Shown here piece after piece: positions 20,927 through 31,183 of a stretch of 64,000 nucleotides of DNA (positions within the stretch are counted from its first letter, which is position 1; each line of letters opens with the position of its first letter). The notes below the pieces were generated by a model that ran no database searches, was not told the origin of the DNA, and saw only the letters and a program-made list of their open reading frames with translations. The stretch is from an uncultured delta proteobacterium (GTDB taxonomy: Bacteria > Desulfobacterota > Binatia > UBA9968): contig CAVTUQ010000039.1 of the NCBI GenBank assembly GCA_963737905.1, positions 1 through 64,000 on the forward strand, written 5' to 3'. The position numbers and the translations under genes were made by a program.

Positions 20927-21828
20927 GTGTGGTTTAAATTTCGGTCCTCGTTCATCTTAGAAAATTCCTCGAACGCGACTTGGAACAGCTCTTCCGGCGT
21001 CGGATCTTTTGCATAAAGAAAACTCTTCTGGTTTTCGCTTGTCCGAATCGTGACCGTTCGCGTCTGCTCGATGCCAACAACTTTGCCATGCCCATAACCG
21101 TCTGCCGCCATAAGGAGCGCTGCGTCACCCACACCTTCTAAAAGTGGTTCCATCATTTTCTGCATCTCAGCGGGAGAAGCACTTGCGGAATCCATAGCTT
21201 GGGCAATCTGAGTAACATTTGTTATTATCCCCGATGCAGAGTCCTCTTTAACCTGTACCTCATCTAATTGTCGCTTTTTCATGTAATCGTTGAGAGATTT
21301 CCAGCAAGGGCCAAATAGAGGATTTGGCGGCTTCACAGTAGCCTGCAATTCGATCACGCGCTCCAGCCGGGCAAGTCGTGTTACGAACGTACGCAGGTCA
21401 GTTATTGGCTCTATTTCGCAGCGGACAAAGAAGCGGTTGTAGCTCATTTCAATGAGCTCACAGAATGCCCTTTCAAATTGCTCTCGCGGAAGAACATTCC
21501 AAACGTGTTTGTACGCAATGCCGCTAAACTCCGGTATATACACAAATGGTGTCGATGCTTCGATTAGATTCTCGACCGCCTCCTGCTCGACAGCATGAGT
21601 TTCATGACGCACTACTTCGACCGCCCCCTCAGGCTTGTACTTCGCCAGTCGAGCAAAAATTCCCTCGGTTTGATCAGCCGATCCGAACCGCTGGAAATCA
21701 GTAAACGTGTAACGGTTTCCTCGTATCTGCACAAAAGCCGGGTTTTCGATAGCCGCAATTAGTTTTTGATTGTCTAGTTCAGCGATCTTTATGACACGCG
21801 ACATATAGTAACGCGCATTTGTTGGCAT
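20923..21828 (-). CDS. Hypothetical protein, DUF4747-like
   Basis: Intact 301-aa ORF. RLAKY, FVYIP, PPNP and AADGYG motifs recall DUF4747 (from memory, not verified). Confidence 0.55.
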   Translation of the reverse strand: MPTNARYYMSRVIKIAELDNQKLIAAIENPAFVQIRGNRYTFTDFQRFGSADQTEGIFARLAKYKPEGAVEVVRHETHAVEQEAVENLIEASTPFVYIPEFSGIAYKHVWNVLPREQFERAFCELIEMSYNRFFVRCEIEPITDLRTFVTRLARLERVIELQATVKPPNPLFGPCWKSLNDYMKKRQLDEVQVKEDSASGIITNVTQIAQAMDSASASPAEMQKMMEPLLEGVGDAALLMAADGYGHGKVVGIEQTRTVTIRTSENQKSFLYAKDPTPEELFQVAFEEFSKMNEDRNLNHT

Positions 21829-21886
21829 CCCTGGTTCCTAAATTATTCGTGGTGGACTGAGATCATGTCATTGATGTCATCAAAAG

Positions 21887-22830
21887 CTATGCGCCTTCGT
21901 GGGCATCCTCTGCGGATAATAAATCGGAAGGGCGTTTTTCAACAAACATCGGTGACAAAAGTTTACCCTCGAATGCACGATGCAGGATTGACTGGCGGAA
22001 ACGCTCGGCTCGCTGGAGGTTAGCTGATATTTGAGCTTCCAGTTCGTGCACGACACTCAACCGCCGTTCCACTTCCGACACGATCCGCTCCTGTTCGGCG
22101 AGAGGCGGAAGCGGGACCTTAATGGCCTTGATAATCGCCGTGTTAAGATTAGGCTGTGCAGCGCCTTGCTTTACGCCACGAAGCCGCGTGGTCTGGGAGT
22201 GCAGGAAATAGAGTAAATACAGCTTTAGCGGATAATCGACATCGAGAAGCGCAGCCACACCGTCATTTATGCAACTGCCAATGAGCGTGATTTTTGGTAC
22301 ACCGAGAGTGGCACCGCTGTTGGTGAGCAGAAGTGTCTCTGGCTCAATGTACCGACTCCGCTCACGTCCAGCCTCTGTGACTGTTTCAGGAACTGATTTT
22401 AGATACGAATTGTGGTCGGCTGTAATTGGTCCGACAGTTATCCAGGGAATGTTGCCGCCGAAGTACTTTGGGTCGCCCGCTGGCCTTGGAGAGGCACCGC
22501 GAACCACATTGGAGAGTTGCTCGATAACTACCCAATTCCATCCTTCAGGTAGTCGCGGCAGACCCGCTGGTCCGGCTGCTTGCGGCTCTTTGTATTTGCT
22601 TTTTCCATTCCATTTAGCCCGACGTTCAGCGAGGATGCGGTTGAGGAGTTCGCTGGCTGACTCCACATCCGGATGCGCTTTGCGCCACTCTTCGGTGAGT
22701 TTGCCTTCGACGGCGGCTTTGAGGACGGCGGCTTTGTAGCGCTTGAGGTTGACCTTGACGCGCTTCAGGTTGGTGACGGCTTCGTCGAGGCGGGAGAATT
22801 GTTTTTCGATTTCCACGACGATGCGTCGGA
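21887..22830 (-). pseudogene. hsdS: Type I RM specificity subunit, C-terminal half (spacer + one TRD)
   Basis: RRIVVEIEKQFSRLDE, LKAAVEGKLT, LPEGWNW, GAAQPNLN, PLPPLAEQERIV and QSILHRAFEGKL motifs. Confidence 0.85.
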
Positions 22831-22965
22831 GGACGTAGGTGAAGTTCCGGATCGCAACGCCCCGATACGCCAAAATGTTCGCGTCGATCTCATCCGCACT
22901 GCCCAGCCTGCTTGGGTGAGCAGGCGGTCGATGTTTTCTCTGGCTTTGTCTTCGGGGCTCGGCAT
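22830..22965 (-). pseudogene. hsdR: Type I RM restriction subunit, N-terminal stub
   Basis: MPSPEDKARENIDRLLTQAGWAV...ANILAYRGVAIRNF, joined directly to the hsdS half. Confidence 0.75.
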
Positions 22966-23185
22966 TACGGTATTATTGAAAACGCGGACTGGGCCGCAAT
23001 AGCCAGTGCAGGATCTAAAGGTGGCTGAATTTGCCAGGCAGTCTATCGATTTGGCGGGAATCTGACAAGGAAGAAATTTCTAAGGGATAAAGGCGGAAGG
23101 ATAAGGGATAAGACGGATCGAAGCTAACAACCGATGGTTGAGAGCTTGCGGAAATTTTCCCGTGGTTTGCCCTTAGCTAGGAATT

Positions 23186-23260
23186 CTCGCGCTAAGCCGC
23201 CAAGGACGCCAAGTTCGGAAGTTTTTCTTTGTAACCTTTGAGCTCTTTGTGGTTAATTCT
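23186..23260. repeat. Dispersed REP-like element, copy A
   Basis: CTCGCGCTAAGCCGCCAAGGACGCCAAGTTCGGA is 29/34 identical to 51219..51252. Confidence 0.65.
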
Positions 23261-23304
23261 CTTCCGCTGGTTGCGGTTCTGTAGTGAATCAACCGGCAGA
23301 TGAA

Positions 23305-23463
23305 TCAGGGTTTTTCAGCTACGACTTTGCCGTCTTTCCATATGTAGATCGGCGTTCCATGCATGCGCGCGGTCTTGCGGGCCACCTTGGCGGCGCGGCG
23401 AAGCGCCCTCCCCACAGCGGCCGAGAACTCTTTACTAGTTCTGGGGCGGGTGGTTCGTTTCAT
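23305..23463 (-). CDS. 52-aa basic protein coupled to the zeta-toxin-like gene (absent from ORF track)
   Basis: MKRTTRPRTSKEFSAAVGRALRRAAKVARKTARMHGTPIYIWKDGKVVAEKP*; ATGA overlap. Confidence 0.75.
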   Translation of the reverse strand: MKRTTRPRTSKEFSAAVGRALRRAAKVARKTARMHGTPIYIWKDGKVVAEKP

Positions 23464-23990
23464 GGCGATCTTTCCAACAATCTGGGTATGCGACCGGAAT
23501 TATCATACACGCTCCAGGCATCGGCTAAAAGACGGTAGTGCTTCTCAAAGTTCATCCAACTGCGCGTGAAGCGGCGCAGCACATCGCGGCGCGGCACGTT
23601 ATGGCCCCCTTGCTTAACTCTGGCGGCGATGCGCCGGAGCGCCAGTTGGGGCGACGAGATACGCAAATACGCAATTTCGATCCGGCGACCTGCGGCTTTC
23701 CACTGCTGTAGGAGCCTAATATAAGTAAGCCCGCTCAAAGTACTCTCAAAAGCAAAGTCCTCCTCGGATTTGGCAAGCCGGTTCAGCTCATGGAGAAACA
23801 GACGACCCGCCGCCAAAGCCGCCAATTCAGGTCGCAACGGCGAGAGTCCGCTGGCGATCAAATCCGGGTTGACAAAATAAACGACGCCCATCTCTCTGGA
23901 CAGAAACTCGCGCGCAAAGGTGGTTTTGCCGGCGCCGTTGGGTCCCGCGATGATGATACAAAGCGGGGATGAACGACTTACTTTAGCCAT
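23460..23990 (-). CDS. Zeta-toxin-like P-loop kinase/ATPase
   Basis: IIAGPNGAGKTT, FVNPDLIA, FAFESTLSG, RVKQGGHNVP and VYDNS motifs. Confidence 0.85.
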   Translation of the reverse strand: MAKVSRSSPLCIIIAGPNGAGKTTFAREFLSREMGVVYFVNPDLIASGLSPLRPELAALAAGRLFLHELNRLAKSEEDFAFESTLSGLTYIRLLQQWKAAGRRIEIAYLRISSPQLALRRIAARVKQGGHNVPRRDVLRRFTRSWMNFEKHYRLLADAWSVYDNSGRIPRLLERSP

Positions 23991-24259
23991 GGTTGCGCGA
24001 TTCTAATAGTGACGTGCCGGTGACGCAAGGCGGATCGTTGCGCCGGTCCAAAGTCCAATGTTCGGTTCAGACAACGAAATCGTTCAATTCCCATGAGTCT
24101 CTTATGGTCTTAAGCGACGATTTTGCCGTCTATCCTGTCAGCGGTTTGGCCGCGGCCTGTTTTCTCTTAACGCAAGATACGCTACGGTTGGCGCTAAGAT
24201 AACGGTCTATTTAAGATCGAGTAAGAAGCCCAACTAGCGGATGACCAGAAAATAAGGCG

Positions 24260-25048
24260 ATGGATAGCCAACTTTCAATGCGTACGACAATTCGCTTGAA
24301 CAACGGCAGAGATATGCCCATCCTCGGCCTTGGTGTTTGGTCAATGGCCGAGGGAGCAGAGACAGAGCAAGCCGTTTTGTGGGCGCTCGAAGCGGGCTAC
24401 CGGTTGATCGACACCGCCAAGATCTACGGTAACGAAGCCAGCGTGGGCCGCGCCGTAAGGAAAAGCGGCATCGCCAGGGAAGAGATCTTCGTCACTACCA
24501 AATTGTGGCCCAGCGACTTTCTTAGAGTGAGGTCCGCGTTCCAAACAAGCTTGGACAAGCTAGGACTCACTTACATCGACCTTTACTTGATCCATTGGCC
24601 TGTACCTTTGATAAGAAACCGTATCTGGAGAGAGTTTGAAAAAATCTATGCGGCCGGCCTGGTGCGATCGATCGGCGTCAGCAACTACAGCATCAACCAA
24701 CTGGAGACCTTGGCGGGAGCAGCTGACATCCCCCCAGCCGTCAACCAAGTCCTGTTCCATCCCTTTTCTTACAAGAAGGAGTTACTCGACTACTGCAAAT
24801 CAAGGAATATTGCTCTTGAAGCCTATAGCCCGCTGGCCAGAGGCAGGAAGTTGAACGATCCGGCCATCGCCGATATCGCCGGAAAGTATGGGAAGACGCC
24901 GGCTCAAATCATGATTCGGTGGTCGCTCCAGCACGGCCTTATCCCGATACCGAAATCCAGCAACAAAAAAAGAATTTTCGATAACGCGGAGGTTTTCGAT
25001 TTTCAGATCGAAAACGCTGATATGAAGGTCCTGGACAATCTCAGCTAA
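24260..25048 (+). CDS. Aldo/keto reductase
   Basis: GYRLIDTAKIYGNE, FVTTKLW, DLYLIHWP, IGVSNY and IPKS motifs. Confidence 0.95.
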   Translation: MDSQLSMRTTIRLNNGRDMPILGLGVWSMAEGAETEQAVLWALEAGYRLIDTAKIYGNEASVGRAVRKSGIAREEIFVTTKLWPSDFLRVRSAFQTSLDKLGLTYIDLYLIHWPVPLIRNRIWREFEKIYAAGLVRSIGVSNYSINQLETLAGAADIPPAVNQVLFHPFSYKKELLDYCKSRNIALEAYSPLARGRKLNDPAIADIAGKYGKTPAQIMIRWSLQHGLIPIPKSSNKKRIFDNAEVFDFQIENADMKVLDNLS

Positions 25049-25316
25049 TCCGAACCGAAATACGTTCAAAGTTCAACGTCCTACCCACCGCCTCTTAAAA
25101 CGGTACAGGGATGTAACTGGCTGATGCGACGCTTCCACGTTTCGGGAATTCTCGAAACGTCAAGGAATTCAAGGTAGGATTTCAAAAAACAGCGGCATGA
25201 CCGCTGAAGGCCAATAGGTCGTTCTGCTCTGCTTTTATGACAAGCGATATAATCCTGGTCGTAGGTGAGAAAAAGAGACGTTAAGTTAAAGGGACCCGAG
25301 CGCAGAAAAAAGAAAC

Positions 25317-27986
25317 TTACAGTTGCAACCGATTGAGCCGCAGCGCGTTGGTGATCACGGAGACCGAGCTGAAAGTCATGGCGACGCTGGCGATGACCGG
25401 ACTTAAGCAGCATGCCGAAGAACGGATAGAGCACGCCCGCTGCGATGGGAATTCCCAGCACGTTATAGACAAACGCAAAGAACATGTTCTGCCGGATGTT
25501 GCGCATGGTTCCCCGGCTCAAGTGGCGCGCTTTGGCGATGCCGCGCAGGTCGCCTTTTACCAGGGTTATCCCGGCGCTTTCCATCGCCACGTCGGTGCCC
25601 GTGCCCATCGCGATTCCCACATGAGCCTGGGCCAGCGCCGGCGCGTCGTTCACTCCATCCCCTGCCATCGCCACCATCCGTCCCTCCGCCTGCAGCCGCT
25701 TGACCACCTCACCTTTTTGCTCGGGCAATACCTCGGCATGAACTTCATCGATGCCGAGCTTTTTCGCCACCGCTTCCGCCGTGGTGCGATTGTCTCCCGT
25801 CAGCATGACGATCTTTATCCCATCTTCGTGAAGCATATGGATCGCTTCGGGGGTGGATACCTTGACGGGATCGGCGACGCTTAGCAGCCCGGCGACGGCT
25901 CCTTCGACCACAACATACATCACCGTCTGCCCGTCTTTTCTGAGCTCTTCCGATCGATCCCACAGATCACTGACGCCAACGTTCAATTCTTCCAAGAGTT
26001 TCCGGTTGCCAAGGGCGACCCGCTTTCCACCGACAGAACCAACGACGCCCTTGCCCGTGATGGAGCGAAACTCTCGCACATCGACAAGCTTCACTCCCCT
26101 CTCTTCCGCGCCGCTTACGATGGCCGCTGCCAGTGGATGCTCGCTGCCGCGCTCGAGACTGGCTGCAAGGTACAGGAGTTCCCCTTCGTCTTGCCCGCGC
26201 ACCGGAATCACAGAGACCAGGCGAGGTTTGCCCTCGGTCAAGGTTCCCGTCTTATCGACGACCAGTGTGCCGATCTTCTCCATAACCTCCAACGCTTCGG
26301 CGTTCTTGATCAGCACACCGGCGGTCGCCCCTCGTCCCGTGCCGACCATGATCGACATCGGCGTCGCCAGGCCCAGCGCGCAGGGACAAGCAATGATCAA
26401 CACCGCAACAGCATTGACCAACGCATAAGCCATGGCAGGCTCCGGCCCGAACAGGGCCCAGACGATGAAGGTCAGAACGGCGACCAGAACCACCGCCGGA
26501 ACAAAATAGCCGGCGACAACGTCGGCCAATTTCTGGATCGGCGCCCGCGTGCGCTGCGCTTCGGCGACCATGCGCACGATCTGCGCAAGAAGCGTGTCGC
26601 TGCCGACTCGTTCTGCTTGCATGATGAAACTGCCGGTGCCGTTGATAGTACCGCCCGTGACCTTGCTGCCTTTTGTTTTTTCCACGGGAATCGGTTCGCC
26701 GGTGATCATGGATTCATCAACCGACGTGGCTCCCTCGATTACGATACCATCCACCGGCACTTTCTCACCCGGTCGGACGCGCAAGCGGTCTCCGGGTTTG
26801 ACCTGCTCTAACGGTACATCTTCTTCAGAACCGTCGTCCCGCACAAGACGAGCCGTTTTGGGCGCAAGCCCTAGCAAAGCCTTGATCGCCCGGCTGGTCT
26901 TGCTGCGGGCGCGCAGCTCCAACACCTGGCCGAGCAGAACCAACGTCGTGATAACCGCAGCGGCGTCGAAGTAAACGCCCACCTCACCCGTGTGTCCTCG
27001 GAAAGATTGGGGAAAGAGATGTGGGAAGAGAGTGGCAACGACACTGTAGACATAAGCCGTCCCGATGCCGATGGCGATCAAGGTGAACATATTCAAGCTA
27101 CGGTTAATGATCGAAGCCCAACCCCTTTGAAAGAATGGCCATCCGCACCAGAGAACCACCGGAGTCGCCAACCCAAGCTGGAGCCAATTGAGGAATTGAG
27201 GAGACACAATATGTTGCAGCGGCTGTCCGGGAATCATGTCGGACATCGCGAGAAAAGCGATCGGCGCGGTTAAGTACGAGGGAGATCCAGAACCGCCGCG
27301 TCATGTCGACCAATTCTGGGTTGACTTCTTCCTCCAGGGTTACGGTGCGAGGCTCCAGCGCCATCCCGCAGATGGGGCAGGAGCCGGGCTCCGAACGCAC
27401 AATCTCGGGATGCATGGGGCAGACGTACTCTGTCTTTACGAAGGAGCGGACGGGGATGCAGGTTCCAAAGCCATGCCGCATTTCGGGCAGGCCCCGGCTT
27501 TGACTCGCGCACCTCGGGATCCATCGGACAGACATACGCCGCCCTGTGATCCGCGTCGGTGGTCTGAGAAGTTTCCGGCGGCGGATTTGACGGCCGCGCC
27601 GGTGCATCGTGCACATGAGCATCAGGCCGGCGCGGGTTTTTGAGAACCGCCTCAGGATCTGCGATGAATTTCACCATGCATCGTCGGCTGCAAAAGTAAT
27701 AGGTCTCGCTCCCGTGCTTTTGTTTCCCGGCCGCGCGAGCGAGATCGACGGTCATGCCGCAGACCGGATCGTTCACCGATCCGCTGTGCCTACTGGAATG
27801 CTCTTTACCTTCAGCCTGGGTCTGATTAGCCTTCGCATACGCCGCCGGGTTTTCCTTAAATTTACCGAGGCAGTGTTGGCTGCAAAAATAGTAAGTTTCC
27901 CCGTTGTGCTTGTGTTTTCCTGCGGCGCTTTTCGGGTCCACTTCCATGCCGCAAATTGGATCAATCATCGTCGTTTCATCTTTCAC
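25317..27986 (-). CDS. copA: Cu(I)-translocating P1B ATPase with two YHS and YxCPM domains, copy 1 (frameshifts near 27490, 27270 and 25405)
   Basis: [50 protein letters not shown] and YN motifs. The true end reads [10 protein letters not shown] at 25317. Confidence 0.85.
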
Positions 27987-28113
27987 GCCTCTGGAAGTGT
28001 TGTCATGCTGGTTGATGTATTATATCACTGACACTCGCTGAAAAAGGCAGAGTCGTAACAGCATAGCGGTAACACTCGCTGCTGTGATTTCTTTTTCCTC
28101 TCGCTCCCCTTCT

Positions 28114-28434
28114 TCATCCACCAAGGTCCTTCTTCTTGGCCTCAAACTCGTCCTTGTTGATCTCGCCCCGTGCATATCGCTGGCGGAGAATCTCGATGGC
28201 TGAGTCCGACTTCTCTTCTTTTCCTTTACCCAGTAACCAACGAATACCTACGATGAGACCGACGATGACGAGCGCCCAGAAAAGAAACATCATCGCCATC
28301 ATCCCAATGCCCCATCCCCACCACCACATGGGATGCATTTCCCAGTGCCATTCATAAAATCGTCCTTGGGCCAGCAGTCCGTCTGGAGCTAGCCACCCTG
28401 CCAGCAGAAACGGCCAATGCCAGATTTGTTTCAT
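28114..28434 (-). CDS. SHOCT domain membrane protein
   Basis: Met/Trp/His-rich N-region, TM helix, AIEILRQRYARGEINKDEFE. Confidence 0.85.
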   Translation of the reverse strand: MKQIWHWPFLLAGWLAPDGLLAQGRFYEWHWEMHPMWWWGWGIGMMAMMFLFWALVIVGLIVGIRWLLGKGKEEKSDSAIEILRQRYARGEINKDEFEAKKKDLGG

Positions 28435-28894
28435 AGTGCCCTCCTCACTCTGGTAAGAATTCCATCGATAAGATCAACCCCTGTGATGCTTGCTTATCTC
28501 CCTCTTGCACGCAGGCCCGGCAAGAAGCCGGCCTTGTTTCACGTATTCCCGGTCCTCGGGCGCGCGGTGGAACAAATTGATCTCCACCCTGTAGAGATGA
28601 TGGGGTTGCTTTCACTGCCAGATCCTCAACTTGCGTGTGACCGCGAGAATTTGACGACTCTCTTGATCTTATAAAAAACGCCTGCCGCATTGAATGCAAG
28701 CCCAAAACAGTTGACTTTGATACTTGGCTAACAATGCGCAGGAACAGACGATGATCAATACCGGTTCGGTCTTTGCTCGATGGCAATGGGCTCGCCAGTC
28801 CCGTAGATCAAGCGCCTTTGACGACCGGCCTAAGCAGTCTATAATGGCACAGTAAACGTAGTGTCTGCACAATGTTTCTCGATAAGGGGATAAT

Positions 28895-29383
28895 ATGAAT
28901 CCAAAACAAATGACGCGCCCTAGAGCGCTGGGTAACACGATTTTCCTAGCAGCGTTTGTGACTGTGCTCATCCTTGCGCAGCCAGCCGTCGCCGGGCCGA
29001 CGGTCACAGTTTACAAAAGCCCGACCTGAGGTTGCTGCGTCGCGTGGGTGGGTCACCTGCGAGAAAGCGGTTACAATATAAAAACAAACGAGGTTTCGGA
29101 TGTTCAGCTCGATGCGATCAAAGATAAATACAGCGTTCCGCAGCCTCTTCGTACTTGCCATACCGCAATCGTCGAGAACTACGTCATTGAGGGCCACGTC
29201 CCCGCGGAACTTATCGAGCGAATTTTGAAAGAAAAACCAGCTTTCGCCGGACTTGGAGTTCCGGGAATGCCGATCGGCTCACCGGGAATGTACGGTCCCA
29301 AGCCAGAGCCTTATGACGTCTTCTCTTTTGACAAGAAAGGCCAGGTCAAACTTTACAAGCACATGCCCCCGTACAAGCAGTGA
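28895..29383 (+). CDS. Exported DUF411 family metal-binding protein, predicted selenoprotein (UGA at 29027-29029)
   Basis: AAGGGG RBS and ATG at 28895, signal peptide ending AVA, then VTVYKSPT-U-GCCVAWVGHL, RTCHTA, YVIEGHVP and GLGVPGMPIGSPGM. The family motif is normally YKSPxCGCC. Confidence 0.85.
29032..29070 (+). promoter_or_regulatory. Candidate bacterial SECIS element (DUF411)
   Basis: CGTGGGTG-GGT-CACCTGCG: 8-bp stem with two G-U pairs; GGU loop 22 nt after the UGA; lower stem TTGCT/AGCGG. Confidence 0.65.
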
Positions 29384-29427
29384 GTTTTATGATTTGACTG
29401 AGCGCAGTTTTTTCCTGGCAATACTTT

Positions 29428-30312
29428 TTATCGGGACCGGTACATCATCCCAGGGCCCATCATACCGCCGCCCATCATCCCCCCCATCCTTACGGCCATC
29501 CAACCTTGCTGTTCCTCTCCAAGAACCTGATTCGGGTCGAGGCGGTGATCACGGAGGACGAGCGACTCCAAGTAATATACCAGCGCCCAGAGTTCCCGAC
29601 TACTTAGCGAATCTGCATAAGACGGCATCGGAGTCCCGGAAAGCCCGCTAACAAGCGTGAGATAGGTTTCTCTAATATCAGATCCTCGCTTGAGTGGGCG
29701 CCAGGTCAAGTCCGACGGCCAGATCGGCCAGCCCCAATCGTCTTTGAGGTCTCCCGCGGATGGACCATCGCCGCGACCTTGCTCTCCATGACAAGCATTA
29801 CAGCCGCTTTCCTTATACAACCGTTTACCTTGATCCAGGATTTCCTGCGTTTTCGGTGGAGCCGCCGGAACACTGATTGGTTTTCCCGGCTTTTCTTTCA
29901 CAAACCGGGGTGAGAATGTCTTGATGTATTGAATCACTGCTCTCCGATCGTTGTCTCCTAGATCGGCACGGCCAATCATTCCAGTCCATCGAACTCCTTG
30001 AGTCACAGTACGAAGCAGATCATCATCCGTGGGCAATGAACCTGAAGGTGTAGAGCCGAACTTGAATACGCCAGTTCTAAAGTCTCGCGGCCGGATGCGA
30101 AACAGCGAAGCAGCCGGACCATTGCTGTCTCCGTCAACACCGTGGCAGACAGCACAGTTGACCTGATAGATTTGTTGTCCCAGGTACAAGGTTTGTTTAG
30201 ACGGCGACGTTTCGGTTTCGGCAGCGCCGGCTGATCTCAAGGTGAATTCAAATCCTGGCCAGAGCACAAGACCAATAAGAGCCCCCGCGGCGATTTTCAT
30301 GGTTTCTTCCAA
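29428..30312 (-). CDS. Di-haem cytochrome c with Met/Gly-rich tail
   Basis: CAVCH and CNACH motifs, signal peptide, tail MGGMMGGGMMGPGMM. Confidence 0.9.
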   Translation of the reverse strand: MEETMKIAAGALIGLVLWPGFEFTLRSAGAAETETSPSKQTLYLGQQIYQVNCAVCHGVDGDSNGPAASLFRIRPRDFRTGVFKFGSTPSGSLPTDDDLLRTVTQGVRWTGMIGRADLGDNDRRAVIQYIKTFSPRFVKEKPGKPISVPAAPPKTQEILDQGKRLYKESGCNACHGEQGRGDGPSAGDLKDDWGWPIWPSDLTWRPLKRGSDIRETYLTLVSGLSGTPMPSYADSLSSRELWALVYYLESLVLRDHRLDPNQVLGEEQQGWMAVRMGGMMGGGMMGPGMMYRSR

Positions 30313-30365
30313 TCAACAAATCAGACTGAACCCATTGCTAGACGGGCGCCTGAGCGCGTCGGGTT

Positions 30366-30662
30366 CTACGATTCTAAATCTTTTCTCTTTTCCTCGAATT
30401 CAGCTTTTTGAATTTCCCCTCTCGCGTAGCGGCGTTTAAGAACCTCCACGGCATCTTCCGACGGCTTCGATCTCGCATGCGGTGACAAATAACGGACGAG
30501 AAGAACAATTCCAGCGATCGCGAGGACCAAAAATATCAACATAAAAATAAACATAAATATCCCCCATCCGCCTCCCATCATGTTGTTATGCCAACCCCAG
30601 GGCCCTGGATAACCTGGCTGCCATTGAACCAGCATTTCTCCAACCATCGATAAAGTTTTCAT
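30366..30662 (-). CDS. SHOCT domain membrane protein
   Basis: TM helix and AVEVLKRRYARGEIQKAEFEE. Confidence 0.85.
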   Translation of the reverse strand: MKTLSMVGEMLVQWQPGYPGPWGWHNNMMGGGWGIFMFIFMLIFLVLAIAGIVLLVRYLSPHARSKPSEDAVEVLKRRYARGEIQKAEFEEKRKDLES

Positions 30663-30776
30663 TTTTGTCTCCTCCTTATCCTTACGGCCACCGATTTAAA
30701 ACCCAGGAGGAAATCTCCCTTGTTGAATAAGGTCTACAAGCAGAGAAAGATTTTCTCCATTTTCACGGTAATAGCT

Positions 30777-30870
30777 ATTTCTTATTCGTCGGCGGCTTTT
30801 TCTCTAAGCTGTACCCTGGCAAATAACGCCTAGTATATTCTTCGACGAAAGCCTTTGTTCTTGCCTCACA
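30777..30870 (-). pseudogene. Remnant paralog of the C-terminus of 31903..32211
   Basis: EARTKAFVEEYTRRYLPGYSLEKK versus KARAKAFVEEYLQRYLPEYKLEKK. Confidence 0.6.
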
Positions 30871-30980
30871 CTCCTGGGAGTAATTCTTTCTCGCTTGTCG
30901 CCGTCACTGTCTTTTGATTCTGGCTTTCACACTGTTTCGTGTTAGTCCAAAATTCTTGTTCCCGTTCCTCAACAGATTGG

Positions 30981-31070
30981 TCATTTTTTGGCTTCGGGCT
31001 GAGGCTCGGCTTTGGCTTCAGCTTTGGGCTTAGGTTCGGCTTTTGCCTCAGTCTTAGGCTCGGCCTTCAG
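30981..31070 (-). repeat. Degenerate 24-bp coding-type tandem repeat (KAEPK/Q-x-EA), orphan gene tail
   Basis: Reads LKAEPKTEAKAEPKPKAEAKAEPQPEAKK* on the minus strand, with no start. Confidence 0.55.
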
Positions 31071-31183
31071 TCTCAGCAGTCGCGGGCGCAGGGATTTCAC
31101 TTTGGTTTTTTGCGCAACGGACGCGCGGTGGCGTTTCGTCGCGGCGCCTGCCCAGCCTAACCGTCAATATTCTCAATCCGATA

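Noticed and set aside
25081-25316. C-terminal extension of the copA1 ORF given in the track
   Set aside because: It results from the frameshift near 25405; the paralog-matching end is at 25317.
30981-31070. Periodic repeat considered as a mini CRISPR array
   Set aside because: The units are contiguous, codon-phased and lack unique spacers, and no cas genes are present.
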